Below, one piece after another: positions 41,285 to 53,599 of a DNA stretch of 64,000 nucleotides. Source of the stretch: Paraphysomonas bandaiensis (Eukaryota > Protista > Chrysophyceae); the NCBI GenBank assembly GCA_965644295.1, contig CBFFRP010000366.1:1-64000 (forward strand), written 5' to 3'. The notes beneath the pieces were generated by a model that was given only the letters and a program-made list of their open reading frames with translations, was not told where the DNA came from and did no database searches. Numbering within the stretch: the first letter of the stretch is position 1; every line of letters begins with the position of its first letter. A program made the position numbers and the translations under genes.

Positions 41285-42048
41285 TTTGCAATGTCACCAT
41301 ACTGCAGTCTTAATATCAACTTCATCGCAGTTTGGAATTTACATGTGTATAAAATATTAATGATTACTGTGTGCTTTAAGCATTTGGTTTTGAAGCAACT
41401 GTTGCATCGGTACTATATTATTAGTGAGAGAAGGTTGATAATAAATTGCTTCCGAAATACATCTTGTAATGGGTTAAATTTTTGACCAGTAGGCTTTGTT
41501 TTTACCATATATAGAATGTCTGATTATTTAGCAATAGGCATGTAAGTATTAAACCTAAACAGAGAGTCTTTCTAGCACTTAATATTGATACCTGATATCC
41601 TACTATTTGACACTACAGAGGCTGCTTGTTGTTTCACTGTCTCAACAATCCGGTAGTTTCTCTACCAACGATGGCATAGAATATTATGAAACTCAAGTGT
41701 CTCATGCTTTTTCAAGATAGCAAATAGTGAATTCATATTCTCCTCAAATAGTTGAATCCTATCTAGTAATTCGGAAAAGGTATTATTTCATAAGTTGAAT
41801 TTTTTACATATATCACTACAATTCCGTGATATTTATTCAGTTAAACTGATACCACAAAGAATAGGTGACATATTAGGAAAATTTACCAGTAATTTAAGCT
41901 ACAACCCATTATGTCAACTGGGTTAAAAAAAGAACGAATATACGACTGAGTCAAAAAAACAAACGCACCACATCGTTGTGTGCACAAACAAAAACTAATC
42001 TTGTAAAAAAACAGCTATTCATATATAGCAGATGACGCTATCATGTAT

Positions 42049-44499
42049 TCAGGAAGCAGTCTGTAATCGATGGTATATAGCCCTGTGTGCTACTAAAATC
42101 ACACTTGTTATAAAAGTACAAAACAACAAAAACTATATACCTGTCAGAACTCCTTGAAGATCCATGAAAGTACAGGGTTTAATTAAGACATCATCTCCTC
42201 CAGCAGCGAAGAAAGATGGTCGTTCTTCTGGCATCGCATTTCCAGTAAGGAATGAAATATATCCTTTATATCCACCCTCTCTCATCATACGAGTTGCCTC
42301 CACGCCATTCATGACAGGCATGTTTACATCCATAAAAACAATATCGTAAGGGTCTCTAACATCAGATGCGTCTTTCACTAATTTAACTGCTTCTGCACCA
42401 TCGCTTGCTGGAGAAACAGATCCCACCAGCGGTGACAACATGCGACACATCATCTTCCGGTTAACGGCCGAGTCGTCCACTACTAGCACTCGACCTATTT
42501 CCACGTCGTTCACAGTTAGCTCTTCTACATCATTCTTACAACTTGAGGCCTCTGAAACGGCTTCCGTATTTCCCATAATATCTACTATGGCAGGCTTACG
42601 CATCATAGAGCGCAACATGTATGTAACAGATGGAAACATATTTACACGGGGAAACTGAGACTGTTGTGCTGGTGAATCTACTGGGTCATGAGAAAGGTAT
42701 TCTCGAGGTAGTACATCCACCTCGACGTAAAATACTGAACCCTTGCCAGGAATAGATGATACGCCTAATCTACCTCCATGATGATCTATTATTTCCTTAG
42801 ATATCCATAAACCTAGACCAGAACCACCACCATCTTGAAGTTCTGCCGCATTGAACTGAACAATTTCGTTAAACAAACGCTTCTGGTTCTCCTACACATT
42901 TCCATTAGTACATTCACATGACACAAGGCACAGTCATTTTTACCTCAGATATACCAGGCCCAGTGTCATGCACCTCAATCCGTAGTATACTTGCAGTCTC
43001 AACACTCTGTGAGCTTCGCGGCACATGGTACTGTGATCCAGAGGATCGATCATCCACACCCGAGCTCTTCCGGAATAACGACAGGGTATTTCTATTCCCA
43101 GGAGCTGATTGCTCATATTTGTCCAGTTGATCGGAAGAATGTCTTGTTGTAAGAAAAGCATACACGTCTACCCTTCCTCCAGTAGGAGTAAACTTCAGTG
43201 CATTCGATACTAGGTTACGGAGTACTTGGCTGAATTTCATTACATCGACATAAATATGACTATCTTCGGCATCGATGGAAGGGTCAATGTGCGTGTCATC
43301 ACTGTGCGCAAATATTATATCTTTTTGCTGGGCCTGACACACATCAATTTAGTGTCACAAATAATCCAGCTATCAACGTACCTGTATGCCGAAGGGGTCA
43401 ATGACAGTGGATAGTAAATCTCGGATGGATACATCCTTCCGATCCAACTGCATGTTTCCACCCTCGATTTTGTTAACCACAAGAAGATCACTCAGAATAT
43501 TTATTGCAATACAACACGATGATTCTATGTCCTTCACAATGTCGTGCACCTCGGTCTTTCTTTCTTTCGTCGATGGCGCAGTGCGAGTTGAGAGCAGCTG
43601 GATACCCATATAAACAGTGTTAAGAGGGGTTCGGAGTTCATGGGAAATGTAACTAACAAAATCTCTTTTGGACTTAAGGGTATGCTATAATATGTTAGAA
43701 TATTGATTATGACAACGTATATTTTTACCTGTGCTATTGTACTTTCATGTCTAGCTTGTCGTCCTGGAACAACGGTTGCAATTATGCATATGAATATATC
43801 GACAGCGACCATGAATGTTAGCTGCTCTGCTCCGTAAACAACTATCGCTTTTAACACCGCCCCCAAAAAGGGAAGAGACGCGTATAGAGTATTAATATAT
43901 TCCTCATTATTGATCCGGTAACTCATAAATCGTTTAAGGCACATCATAAACAGCAATGCATGACTGATAGCGCTGACAACAAATGTTGCAGAAATCCATT
44001 TAACATTTACATTTGGCAAGCCGAATATGAAGCAGAGCCGGACGTACAACCGAAGCATTGATGTAACAGCTATAATAGTTGTACCAATGACTGTAGTAGT
44101 GCTACAGCGTGGGTGTAGAAGAAAGCTCAACAGGGCACCTTTCATTAGAAACTCACGACAAAACACACAACATACAGTGATAGATATCGTGGTAGAGGTC
44201 ACATGCCGAGTTGAATAAAAACTTATCGAGTTGGGAACAATAAGAGCCGCAAGAAACACCCATCGAGGGCCAGTGATGTGAAAGGGTAATTTATAATCCA
44301 ATACAGTGTCGAGAAGAAGCGGAAGTGATGTGGAGACAGCAGCCATACAGAGGAATCGATGCATCTGCCAATCATAACTCGAGTTGGAATCAAAGTAACT
44401 GAAATCAGCATCAGTTGATGTTAAATAGAGAGGAAGGAAACAGGTGACACTTCCGATGATGAAGATAGACAGACAGATCTGCTTATAAGGACGAGACAT
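42049..44499 (-). CDS. Hybrid sensor histidine kinase, copy A (multi-TM sensor, HisKA, HATPase, receiver); intact
   Basis: SHELRTPL H-box, NLVSNALKFT N-box, VHDTGPGI G1, GSGLGL G2; receiver VLVVDDS..FMDVNMPVMNG..KP. Introns at about 43673-43730, 43334-43381, 42892-42943 and probably one near 42140, so the last exon is tentative. Confidence 0.92.
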
Positions 44500-44875
44500 G
44501 GCGATAGATGCGGCTTCTGATAGCTACTTAAACATTACCTTGATATGATATATATGAGCTCTACCACTCCATTGTGTTGGTGTGGTATAGGAGGGAGTTC
44601 GTTTTGGTGTCATAGGGAATCCCTTCCGCAGGACAATGATGATGTATGTGTATCTCTCTATATATCAGGGAACTGGTGGATTATATATGGAGATCTACAT
44701 ACATAGAGAGGACACATACGAACCTGGAGGAAAATATATGGGAAGAGTATTGTCATAGAAGTAATCGAATCATATAGAAGTATATAGAATTGCATGGATT
44801 TAATTGGTGGAGGTTAGATCTAGTGTAGTCGTATGTAACCCGTTCATTCGTATCCTTCTGCACATGTTTTCTATA

Positions 44876-46468
44876 CAGTCAGCTCGCGTTAAGATAGCAG
44901 ATATATGGTGACGAATCTCGTTTTGATAGCGGAATTTTGCTTGGTACGGGATTTTCTGCAAAAAACCCTATTTTTTGTTTAAAACCCTGCTTTTTATGAT
45001 TTTAATGTGGAAAACCTTATTTTTGGTGATATTTATGATATATCATATACGGGATACGTGCAGAGAGTACAATAGACATGAATGCATTATTCATTACATA
45101 TACTTACATTACTTCATCTGCTGTATGTGGCGATGTCAGAGAAGTGCAGCATTGGTACCAAGCGCAAGAAATCGTTGAGAAGCTACTCCGATGTTGAGAA
45201 ATGTAATTTTGTGAAAGAATATATAGAGGGTCATTTCAAATCTTTCAGCCAATTCGTTGCGTACAAGGAGAACATTTTCAGCCGTGCAGCATTCTCTACT
45301 TGGATGAAAGCCTGGAATGATGGTAATCTTAAGTATGAAACTTGCACAGGCCGCAAGAAGCAAAAGAAGGGTTCATTTCCTGAGGTGGAGGAGAAGCTTG
45401 TTGAGTACATTACCTTTCGCCAGGAAAACTATAAGTCCGATAAATGCGGTTTGAGCTGGTTCTATCTCCAGCAGAAGGCTAAGGACTATGCAAAGGTTTA
45501 CAAAATTATGCAACAATAGGAAGATGCTGGCGCAAAGCGAATTGTTTGCCAGTACCAATGCAGCAGCAACTTAATAATGACTTCGGCTCAGTAGATCGAT
45601 ATACATCTAAGATACCAAAGGAGAATGTCGAATCCTTGTGCAACCTAGTGTCAACTTTGTGTATCAAAGTTAAGGACCTTCCTGATGTTCCTGATATAGC
45701 TTCAGGTATTACTGAGATGAGTACTTATAGTGCTCAACAGCGAGCTAGCGCTATCGAGTTATGGTGTGACATTGAAAGTGAGCCATTGGTAGTCGAAACT
45801 GAAATTGAGGAAGCCAAGGAACGCTTTGAAGCTTTATCTATTTCTCCACCAACAGCTACGGTAGAAGATGACGATGATCAAGCTGACACAAATCTTGACA
45901 GTACCACAACATCGAAGGTAAGTTTAAATCAGTTCAATGATGCCATGAGTGTTGTATACGACTTCATCGTGCAAAGAAGTAGTTATGAAAATGTTGCTAC
46001 CTTGCACTACCAGTGGATTAAGACCGCTTCCGAATTGACTAAAAGTTACTTAGAGGAGCGCGCCAAATCTTCGTCACAACCAACAATACAGCAATTTTTC
46101 TCCGTGCAAAAATCTAATTCTACACTGTAGTAGCGTTATGTGGAACTCTTGTTAGAGAGCGTTAAGTAATAACAAGGCTTTTTATATTATTATTTATTGG
46201 TACTGTGATAATGGAAAGTTTTCCAGCCTTAAGCTCAATAACTTGCCATATTGGAGTGTAGTATACGAAATTTTAAAGAAAGACTCAGGTTTTAAGTATA
46301 AAACCATGGTTTTACTATCTAAAAACCGTTTTTTTTTAAAAAAACTAGATTTTTGTACAAAACCCCCGTTTTTGGAAACAAAAACCAGGGTTTTTTATGG
46401 TGACGACTTCCGTTTTGATGACGACTTCTGCCATGGTACATGTCCGTCAGCTTAACGCGAGCTGACTG
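44876..46468 (+). mobile_element. pogo/Tigger-like DNA transposon, internally deleted (no DDE domain)
   Basis: TA|cagtcagctcgcgttaag ... cttaacgcgagctgactg|TA: 18-bp perfect TIR and TA TSD. The ORF from 45133 has a CENP-B/Tc5 HTH (FPEVEEKLVEYI..LSWFYLQQKA). ORF 45546-46130 has an acidic tail ending QPTIQQFF. Confidence 0.9.
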
Positions 46469-47686
46469 TATCATATATTCGCCCGGTAACGGATGGATAT
46501 CGTATGTACGGGTTGCATATAGGGAACAGTTGGACCATCCATCAGTCTTATCTTCCCACATCCCTCCGACGTAAGTTCACTTTAACAGAACCAAACCTTC
46601 TAATGCACTATCCACTTAAATTAACAATACCATAAGGTCCCATTGCATGATCTAGCACATCTCTTCATACAGCAATGGATGAGCAGTGGAAGAAGCTGTG
46701 TCTCTTGTTATTTGTAACAGCAAGTGTGACTTGTTTTCTACCGTTATATTTAACTGACAACGATGCGAACTTCGAATATTTTGATCCAAACTCTAAATTT
46801 GATTGGAAAGAACATAGACTACTATGTTTGGCAGCTGTCTCTACTGCACTGCCACTGCTGTTAGATACCGCATTGGATTATAAGCTTCCATTTAACACGA
46901 TTGGGCCTCGATGGGTATTCGTCATATCTCTTATCATTCCTAACGTGATATGCTTTCATGCTACAAAGATTGTATCTTCTCGTACGATATCAATTGGTGT
47001 TTGTTGTGTATTTTGTCGAGAACTCTTGACGAAAGGCGCTCTGTTGAGCTTTCTTCTGCATCGTAATTGCAGTAAGGGCACTGTACAGATAACGACATTC
47101 ATTTCACTAGCTCTAATCTTCCAACTACTTTGCCGATTGTGGTACATATTTCAAGTACCTGGCCTTGGTGATGTATGGATGATTGTTGCATTTGTAGCTG
47201 ATGTGTGCGCTGAGCTAATGTTGGGTTGGGTATGTATAACGCGCTTCCTCACACATAAGAAAGGGGTGGAAAATAATACTGATACATTTTATGCATTTCT
47301 GTCTTTGGTTGGTCATATCATGAAGTATATCATGGTATTTGGACCTCAAGAGCCTACATACATTGTTGTGGTGGATATATTCATAGGTATTATTGCAACC
47401 GTTGTTCCAGGGCGACAAGCTAGACATCAGAAATCCGTTGCTGAGGTGAACTACAACATCTATACTTTTAACATCGAATAATTTGTTTATGCAGCATACT
47501 ATTCAGTCAAAGAGAGACTTCGTTAGTTACATTTCCCATGAACTCCGAACCCCTCTTAACACTGTTTATATGGGTATCCAGCTGCTCTCAACTCGCACTG
47601 CGCCATCGACGAAAGAAAGAAAGACCGAGGTGCACGACATTGTGAAGGACATAGAATCATCGTGTTGTATTGCAATAAATATTCTG

Positions 47687-48874
47687 TATGACGCAGCCTC
47701 GTTTGACAACTCAACTGTCACCTCACAGTTTGGTTTGATAACCAAGACTATGGCTCGTGATAACGCTAACTACTATCACTGTATAGGAATCAAGACAATG
47801 AGACCAAAGAAGTGATATTATTACAGGTAAACTTATGTTTCAATCAACTATACTCGAGTGACTGACTCCCGCGAAGAATCAGCACGCAAACACCACCGCT
47901 AGTGATGTCAGGTCGCTAGTACCCAAGTATGGTTAACATAAACAAAACTGAGTCACAACAGAAACATAAAGTATGAAAACAACCGCAGAGCTGCACACAC
48001 ACAACGTCATCCATGTTACACTGTGTTGCAACACACAACCACAACGCAGGCTGTGTCATACAAGCAGTATAACAATATACAGTCATGTCAACTACTCTAT
48101 CAAATACGGTTGTACAACACTGTATAATGTATATCGTGTTGCATTCCTCATAACTACAATTGTACTTGGAAAATACTAGCTAACGTACACTTTCATAACA
48201 TAACAACAATCTTGCAGCAACATGCCACCTGCACGTCCTTAAGCTCAGAGTGTATGTCTAAGGCGAAGAGATCCAAGAAAAGACGTGGTAAAGCCTCCCT
48301 GCAAAGGTATGAGGAGTCTCGGAGAAAGGCTATCCGAGAATATGCTGCAGAGCGCCGTGCACATGATATTGCTGCACGATGTCCTCAAGGTGTCTTAGAC
48401 AAGTCTGGTAAGCTCTGCAAAGTAGTTCCTTATCTCTACAGTTCTTCCGCAGAATGTGCACCCGAGGTTTGTTCCGCCGTATTGGACTTCTACCTCCAGT
48501 GCCTGCTCGCAATTTGCTTCATGCCCCACCTAATCATGGCCGGTACGTAAACACTCTGTATGATGCTGACCTCGCTGCCGGTATGGATTACAACTGTGAG
48601 TTTAGCGTTGATGAGTCTGGGTTGGATGTGGTCTGGGTGAAGACTCTGAGACCTATATCCGAAGGTGAGGAGCTGATTGCTGACTATGGTGAGTGGTATC
48701 ACCGCAAGAGTAAGCTACGCCTTAAGTGAGTAGTCATTTCTCCTTTTGTGGTAACTAATAATTGTTGTTATCTCTGAGTGTTTTCTTGGTAGTTAGTCTA
48801 TCTAGTGTCTTGTAGCCCCTTAGGAGAACACTATAGCCACGTAAGTAAGGCACGCGAGATGCCACGTGGTCACA
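47687..48874. mobile_element. 1188-bp insertion with 4-bp TSD (TCTG) and TATGAC...GTCACA ends; solo-LTR-like
   Basis: The empty site in paralog A reads aatattctgagtgatc. Here it reads aatatTCTG|tatgac...gtcaca|TCTGagtgatc. A related fragment lies at 8770-9109. Confidence 0.88.
48454..48729 (+). CDS. SET-domain-like ORF carried inside the insertion (possibly with an upstream basic exon from 48254)
   Basis: GRYVNT...NCEF...VWVKTLRPISEGEELIADYG matches the SET C-terminal signature RxxNH..N...xRxIxxGEELxxDYG. Confidence 0.6.
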   Translation: MCTRGLFRRIGLLPPVPARNLLHAPPNHGRYVNTLYDADLAAGMDYNCEFSVDESGLDVVWVKTLRPISEGEELIADYGEWYHRKSKLRLK

Positions 48875-50729
48875 TCTGAGTGATCTTCTTGTGGTTAACA
48901 AAATCGAGGGTGGAAACATGCAGTTGGATCGGAAGGATGTATCCATCCGAGATTTACTATCCACTGTCATTGATCCATTCGGCATACAGGTACGTAAATA
49001 GCTGGATTATTTGTAACACTAAATTGATGTGTGTCAGGCCCAGCAAAAAGATATAATATTTGCGCACAGTGATGACACACACATTGACCCTTCCATCGAT
49101 GCCGAAGATAGTCATATTTATGTCGATGTAATGAAATTCAGCCAAGTACTCCGTAACCTAGTATCGAATGCACTGAAGTTTACTCCTACTGGAGGAAGGG
49201 TAGACGTGTATGCTTTTCTTACAACAAGGCATTCTTCCGATCAACTGGACAAATATGAGCAATCAGCTCCTGGGAATAGAAATACCCTGTCGTTATTCCG
49301 GAAGAGCTCGGGTGTGGATGATCGATCCTCTGGATCACAATACCATGTGCCGCGAAGCTCACAGAGTGTTGAGACTGCAAGTATACTACGGATTGAGGTG
49401 CATGACACTGGGCCTGGTATATCTGAGGTAAAAATGACTGTACCTTGCGTCATGTGAATGTACTAATGGAAATGCGTAGGAGAACCAGAAGCGTTTGTTT
49501 AACGAAATTGTTCAGTTCAATGCGGCAGAACTTCAAGATGGTGGTGGTTCTGGTCTAGGTTTATGGATATCTAAGGCAATAATAGATCATCATGGAGGTA
49601 GATTAGGCGTATCATCTATTCCTGGCAAGGGTTCAGTATTTTACGTCGAGGTGGATGTACTACCTCGAGAATACCTTTCTCATGACCCAGTAGATTCACC
49701 AGCACAACAGTCTCAGTTTCCCCGTGTAAATATGTTTCCATCTGTTACATACATGTTGCGCTCTATGATGCGTAAGCCTATCAAAGTAGATATTATGGGA
49801 AATGCAGTTGAGCTGTCAGAGGCCTCAAGTAGTTCGAATGATGTAGAAGAGTTAACTGTGAACGACGTGGAAATAGGTCGAGTGCTAGTAGTGGATGACT
49901 CGGCTGTTAACCGGAAGATGATGTGTCGCATGTTGTCACCGCTGGTGGGATCTGTTTCTCAAGCAAGCGATGGTGCAGAAGCAGTTAAATTAGTACAAGA
50001 CGCATCTGATGTTAGAGACCCTTACGATATTGTATTTATGGATGTAAACATGCCTGTCATGAATGGCGTGGAGGCAACTCGTATGATGAGAGAGGGTGGA
50101 TATAAAGGATATATTTCATTCCTTACTGGAAATGCGATGCCAGAAGAACGACCATCTTTCTTCGCTGCTGGAGGAGATGATGTCTTAATTAAACCCTGTA
50201 CTTTCATGGATCTTCAAGGAGTTCTGACAGGTTTGTCACATATTCTATTGTCCGGTTTCGACGTCAATAATTTTGTATACAGCTGCACATAAAACTTCCT
50301 TGGCGTCGATTGTACAATCCGCACCATAGTACATGAGAAGGCTCTTGTGATATATTCAGAGTTAGTTTGTATCAATGATATTTTATTACCATTCTGTTTC
50401 TTGAGTTGTCGTTTTTGTAGACTGAATATTTATGCTCAATATTCTGCTGATAATGAGTGTACAGGAGTTACTTTCGTTTAAATTGAAAACCTTTAAATTA
50501 GTAAATAATATTTCATAAAAGTCAACGTGTTCTACTTTAACGATAGCAGTTTGTGGGTGTTCTGTATTAACTATTTATAGTGATGTGCTTTCGTATAGGA
50601 GTCGCTATATCATAGATACATTCACCGGATAGCGAGTATTAGATGCCCTACGCATTTGAGGGATCACTGTGCTCTCGGGGATTGGGAGCAACTGTGTTAT
50701 GAAACAATATTTCGTGATATGCGAGAAAG

Positions 50730-51275
50730 TCTGATTATTAGCAGTAGGCGTCAAGAAACGACACCATTCAAGAAAGCCTGATTATTACATGAGAACGGTT
50801 GGGTACAGAAACCAGTATTATAGATCAAGAAACAGAAGAATCGACACCAGATAAGTAGCTAGATGAAGACTAGTCATGCTAGATCGACCTCTACCTGAAA
50901 CTAACTAGCACAAATTCTCATATCCTACTCTATTTAACGCTACAGAAGCTGCTTGTGCGTCACCGTAAGCACCAAGGTGCAACCACTGTCGCTATATCAC
51001 ACTCAAACTCGCAAACGCAGTGAGCTAGCAGAATGTTGATATACCTGACACATGCTGACTTCAGAATTTTTGAATGCTTAAGGTGCACAGCCCGAATGCT
51101 TGACTTCAGTAGGCAGCCCATACACCCGGTTACCCTTCAAATGGGCCTCTTTGTTCGTCTGGGCCCAAAGACGTCTACACAAGTGACACTTCTATTAGTG
51201 TCCCTTGAAGAACCTTGAACCACGCAAGCATTTGGCTATGAGTGGGCAGAATAAATATCTATATATCTATATATG
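50730..51275. repeat. Dispersed repeat family, copy 1 (copy 2 at about 58450-58850; fragment at about 41595-41640)
   Basis: Shared blocks attattagcagtaggcgt, tatcctact, gctgcttgtgcgtcaccg, ctgacttcag, aaagacgtctacacaagtgacactt, aagcatttggctatgagtgggcagaa, followed by a (TA)-rich tail. Confidence 0.8.
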
Positions 51276-51782
51276 CGGTTCACATTAATTTTTCGAATAA
51301 ATCTCGCTGGTACTTATCCCACAGAACACCACCAAAACGTGCGAGTCCGACTTTGTCGAGGGGGTCTTATAATGCACCACATTGTGACTGACACATTCCA
51401 TCAATAAATATTACAATATAACGGGAGACCTTCCCACTACACAATCTACACCCTGCCCACTATACCATCTACAGTATCAAATAAGATAAATAATAAATTA
51501 AAAGTTCAGGTGACAGTACTGAAAAACCGTTTGCTATTATGTTAGATGTGCACACCTTATGGATCTTATATATAGATATATTCTTTGTTTTGTGGAAACA
51601 ATTTATTTTCTTATACTACATACAATATATTGATATTGTTGTGCACTAAATGAAGCGCCATCAACGGCACTGACAATACTTCGTAATGCGCTGAGATTAC
51701 ATCATCTGAGAATAGTGAGATGGTGTTTTCACGTTTTTTTACTGCAGTAGTCTTAACAATTTCATATTTAACCACTTTATAT

Positions 51783-53524
51783 TTAGATTAAACCATAGTC
51801 TGCAACCATACTGAAAAAAATTGAAAAAAAACTGAAAATAACGTCGATTTTCATACATAAAATAACTGTCATAAAATCAGTCGAAATCAGACAATGTGAA
51901 CCACACTTCACACTTCATATCACAGTGTTGAGTCAGCGAATTGCAGGTCAAATTAATGTGCTGGTAAGTTCATTGTATCCCCCATTCACTCATAGTTTGA
52001 CATGGCATTTCGAAAGCGCAAATCAGGTTCTCTTTGCAACGATGAAGATGACGCGACAAGAAGCTCAGAGCGTGCTCAGGAAATAGAGATCATTGGGCGT
52101 TGGAGACCAGTTGATTCGGCCAATGAGTCATTCCATCTGCCTCATACGGTTGATGCAGATCGATACCCTACGTTTAATTTTCGCACTGCCAGCTTCCTCA
52201 AGATATTCTTGCGTTTTGTTACAGTATCCCTTGTGACGAAAATAGCCCAGGATATTGACCCTGCCGACTTGACATATGACTGTGGATCGGTAATTTTGCT
52301 TTCATTGTGTTCTATATATAAGCTTCTTGCAATTTGGATTCGAATTTATGGAGAACAACATGCCCCAAGAGGTGTAATACGTCATTCGCGACCATTGCGT
52401 GAGCAACTTATATGGTACCGAGACCACTTTAAGGATTGTTATCCAAGGATTGATTCTCTGGGCATACGATTCATGGAAATTGTGACAACGAACTTTTTAT
52501 TTGATAGTCGATATTCAAAGCAGTTGTCTCATAATTTTAGATCTATTTTACGTGGTATTGGCAATGTTGTAGCTGGCGATGAGAAGTTGCTGCATTTCTC
52601 AGGTGTGTATATTGATCAATTGAATACTATTATTAACAAGTGATTTATAGGCTATAGTCCTAATATAAGAGTAGTTTATATGAAGCCTGAACGAATGGGC
52701 TTGTGGGTGTATGAGTTGTGTGTGAAGCTCTCCAATAAACACGCATATATGCTGGACATGTGGTTGCATGATGCAATAGCTGATCTAGGAGAGTCTATAC
52801 CTGTCAGCGCTGTAGTGGAACACTGGGGCAAAATCATACACTCTTTTAATTCTACACGAATGAGTAGCACTGTTCTTGTATTCGACTCGTATTATCTTGA
52901 TGAAGCTGCACGAGAGGGACTTGCAAGGAAGAAAGTAAAATATATCGGGGCTGTGAATCCACAGCGCTTCCAAGCACTCACTCGTAAAGTTCGTGAAGGT
53001 GTCAATATACGAGGACAGTGGAATGGACTGTGGAATCAACAGCGTAAAGAACTCATAGTTCATTCTTATACGAAGGATGGCAAGAAATATACCGCCTTGT
53101 CCAATGCTTATCATAGATCACCTACGAGGTCTACCACCAATTCTGTGCCTGTGTGCTCCGACTATGGTAAGATGTTTGCAGCATGTGATGTATTCAATTT
53201 ACAGATTAAAGAGAGGATATGGCCTCATCGGCATGGTGGTGGAGGGCATCTAGGCGAAAGAGGAAAGTTTAGCTCGTTTGCGTTCGGCTGTGTTCTGCAA
53301 AATACATTCCATGCGTATTGTAATATTCGTTCGATAGATACAAATAGTATTGATTATTATAGTTTCTGTAACGCGTTAGCTAGCGAACTGTACACACATG
53401 CTGATACTCTATCTAAGGAAACTATAGAATAGAGGGGTACCGTGATTGCTTTGCTCAGTGTTGTAATAATTCCACTTTATATCATTGGTTACAGACTATG
53501 GTTACAGACTATGGTTTAGTCTAA
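51783..53524 (+). mobile_element. piggyBac-like element 1 with ~28-bp TIRs
   Basis: ttagattaaaccatagtctgcaaccata and tatggttacagactatggtttagtctaa are inverted repeats flanking the transposase. Exact TTAA boundaries are not clear. Confidence 0.75.
52002..53432 (+). CDS. piggyBac-family transposase (DDE_Tnp_1_7), 460 aa, one intron (52603-52650)
   Basis: VAGDEKLLHFSG-YSP..YMKPERMGLW, LVFDSYY and DYGKMFAACDVFN match piggyBac DDD motifs. The 48-nt GT-AG intron joins the ORFs in frame. Confidence 0.85.
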
Positions 53525-53599
53525 TTTTTAACATTGTTGACACATCATTTATATTCACTTAAAATAAGTGATGCTAACGAAGATAGCAATTGGTCTTAA

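Larger units (their letters stand above)
46675..50329 (+). pseudogene. Hybrid sensor histidine kinase, copy B, interrupted by an insertion at 47687-48874
   Basis: Same architecture and introns as copy A. The coding sequence CIAINIL|SDLLVVNK is split by the 1188-bp insertion, giving a premature stop at about 47815. Confidence 0.88.

Noticed and set aside
43731-44499. Histidine-kinase rhodopsin (multi-TM sensor)
   Set aside because: No recognisable DxxxK retinal-binding motif in the last helix and no RYxDW-type helix C motif.
47687-48874. Penelope-like pseudo-LTR with a hammerhead ribozyme
   Set aside because: I found no CUGANGA...GAAA core by eye on either strand, and the clean TSD and short inverted termini fit an integrase-type insertion better.
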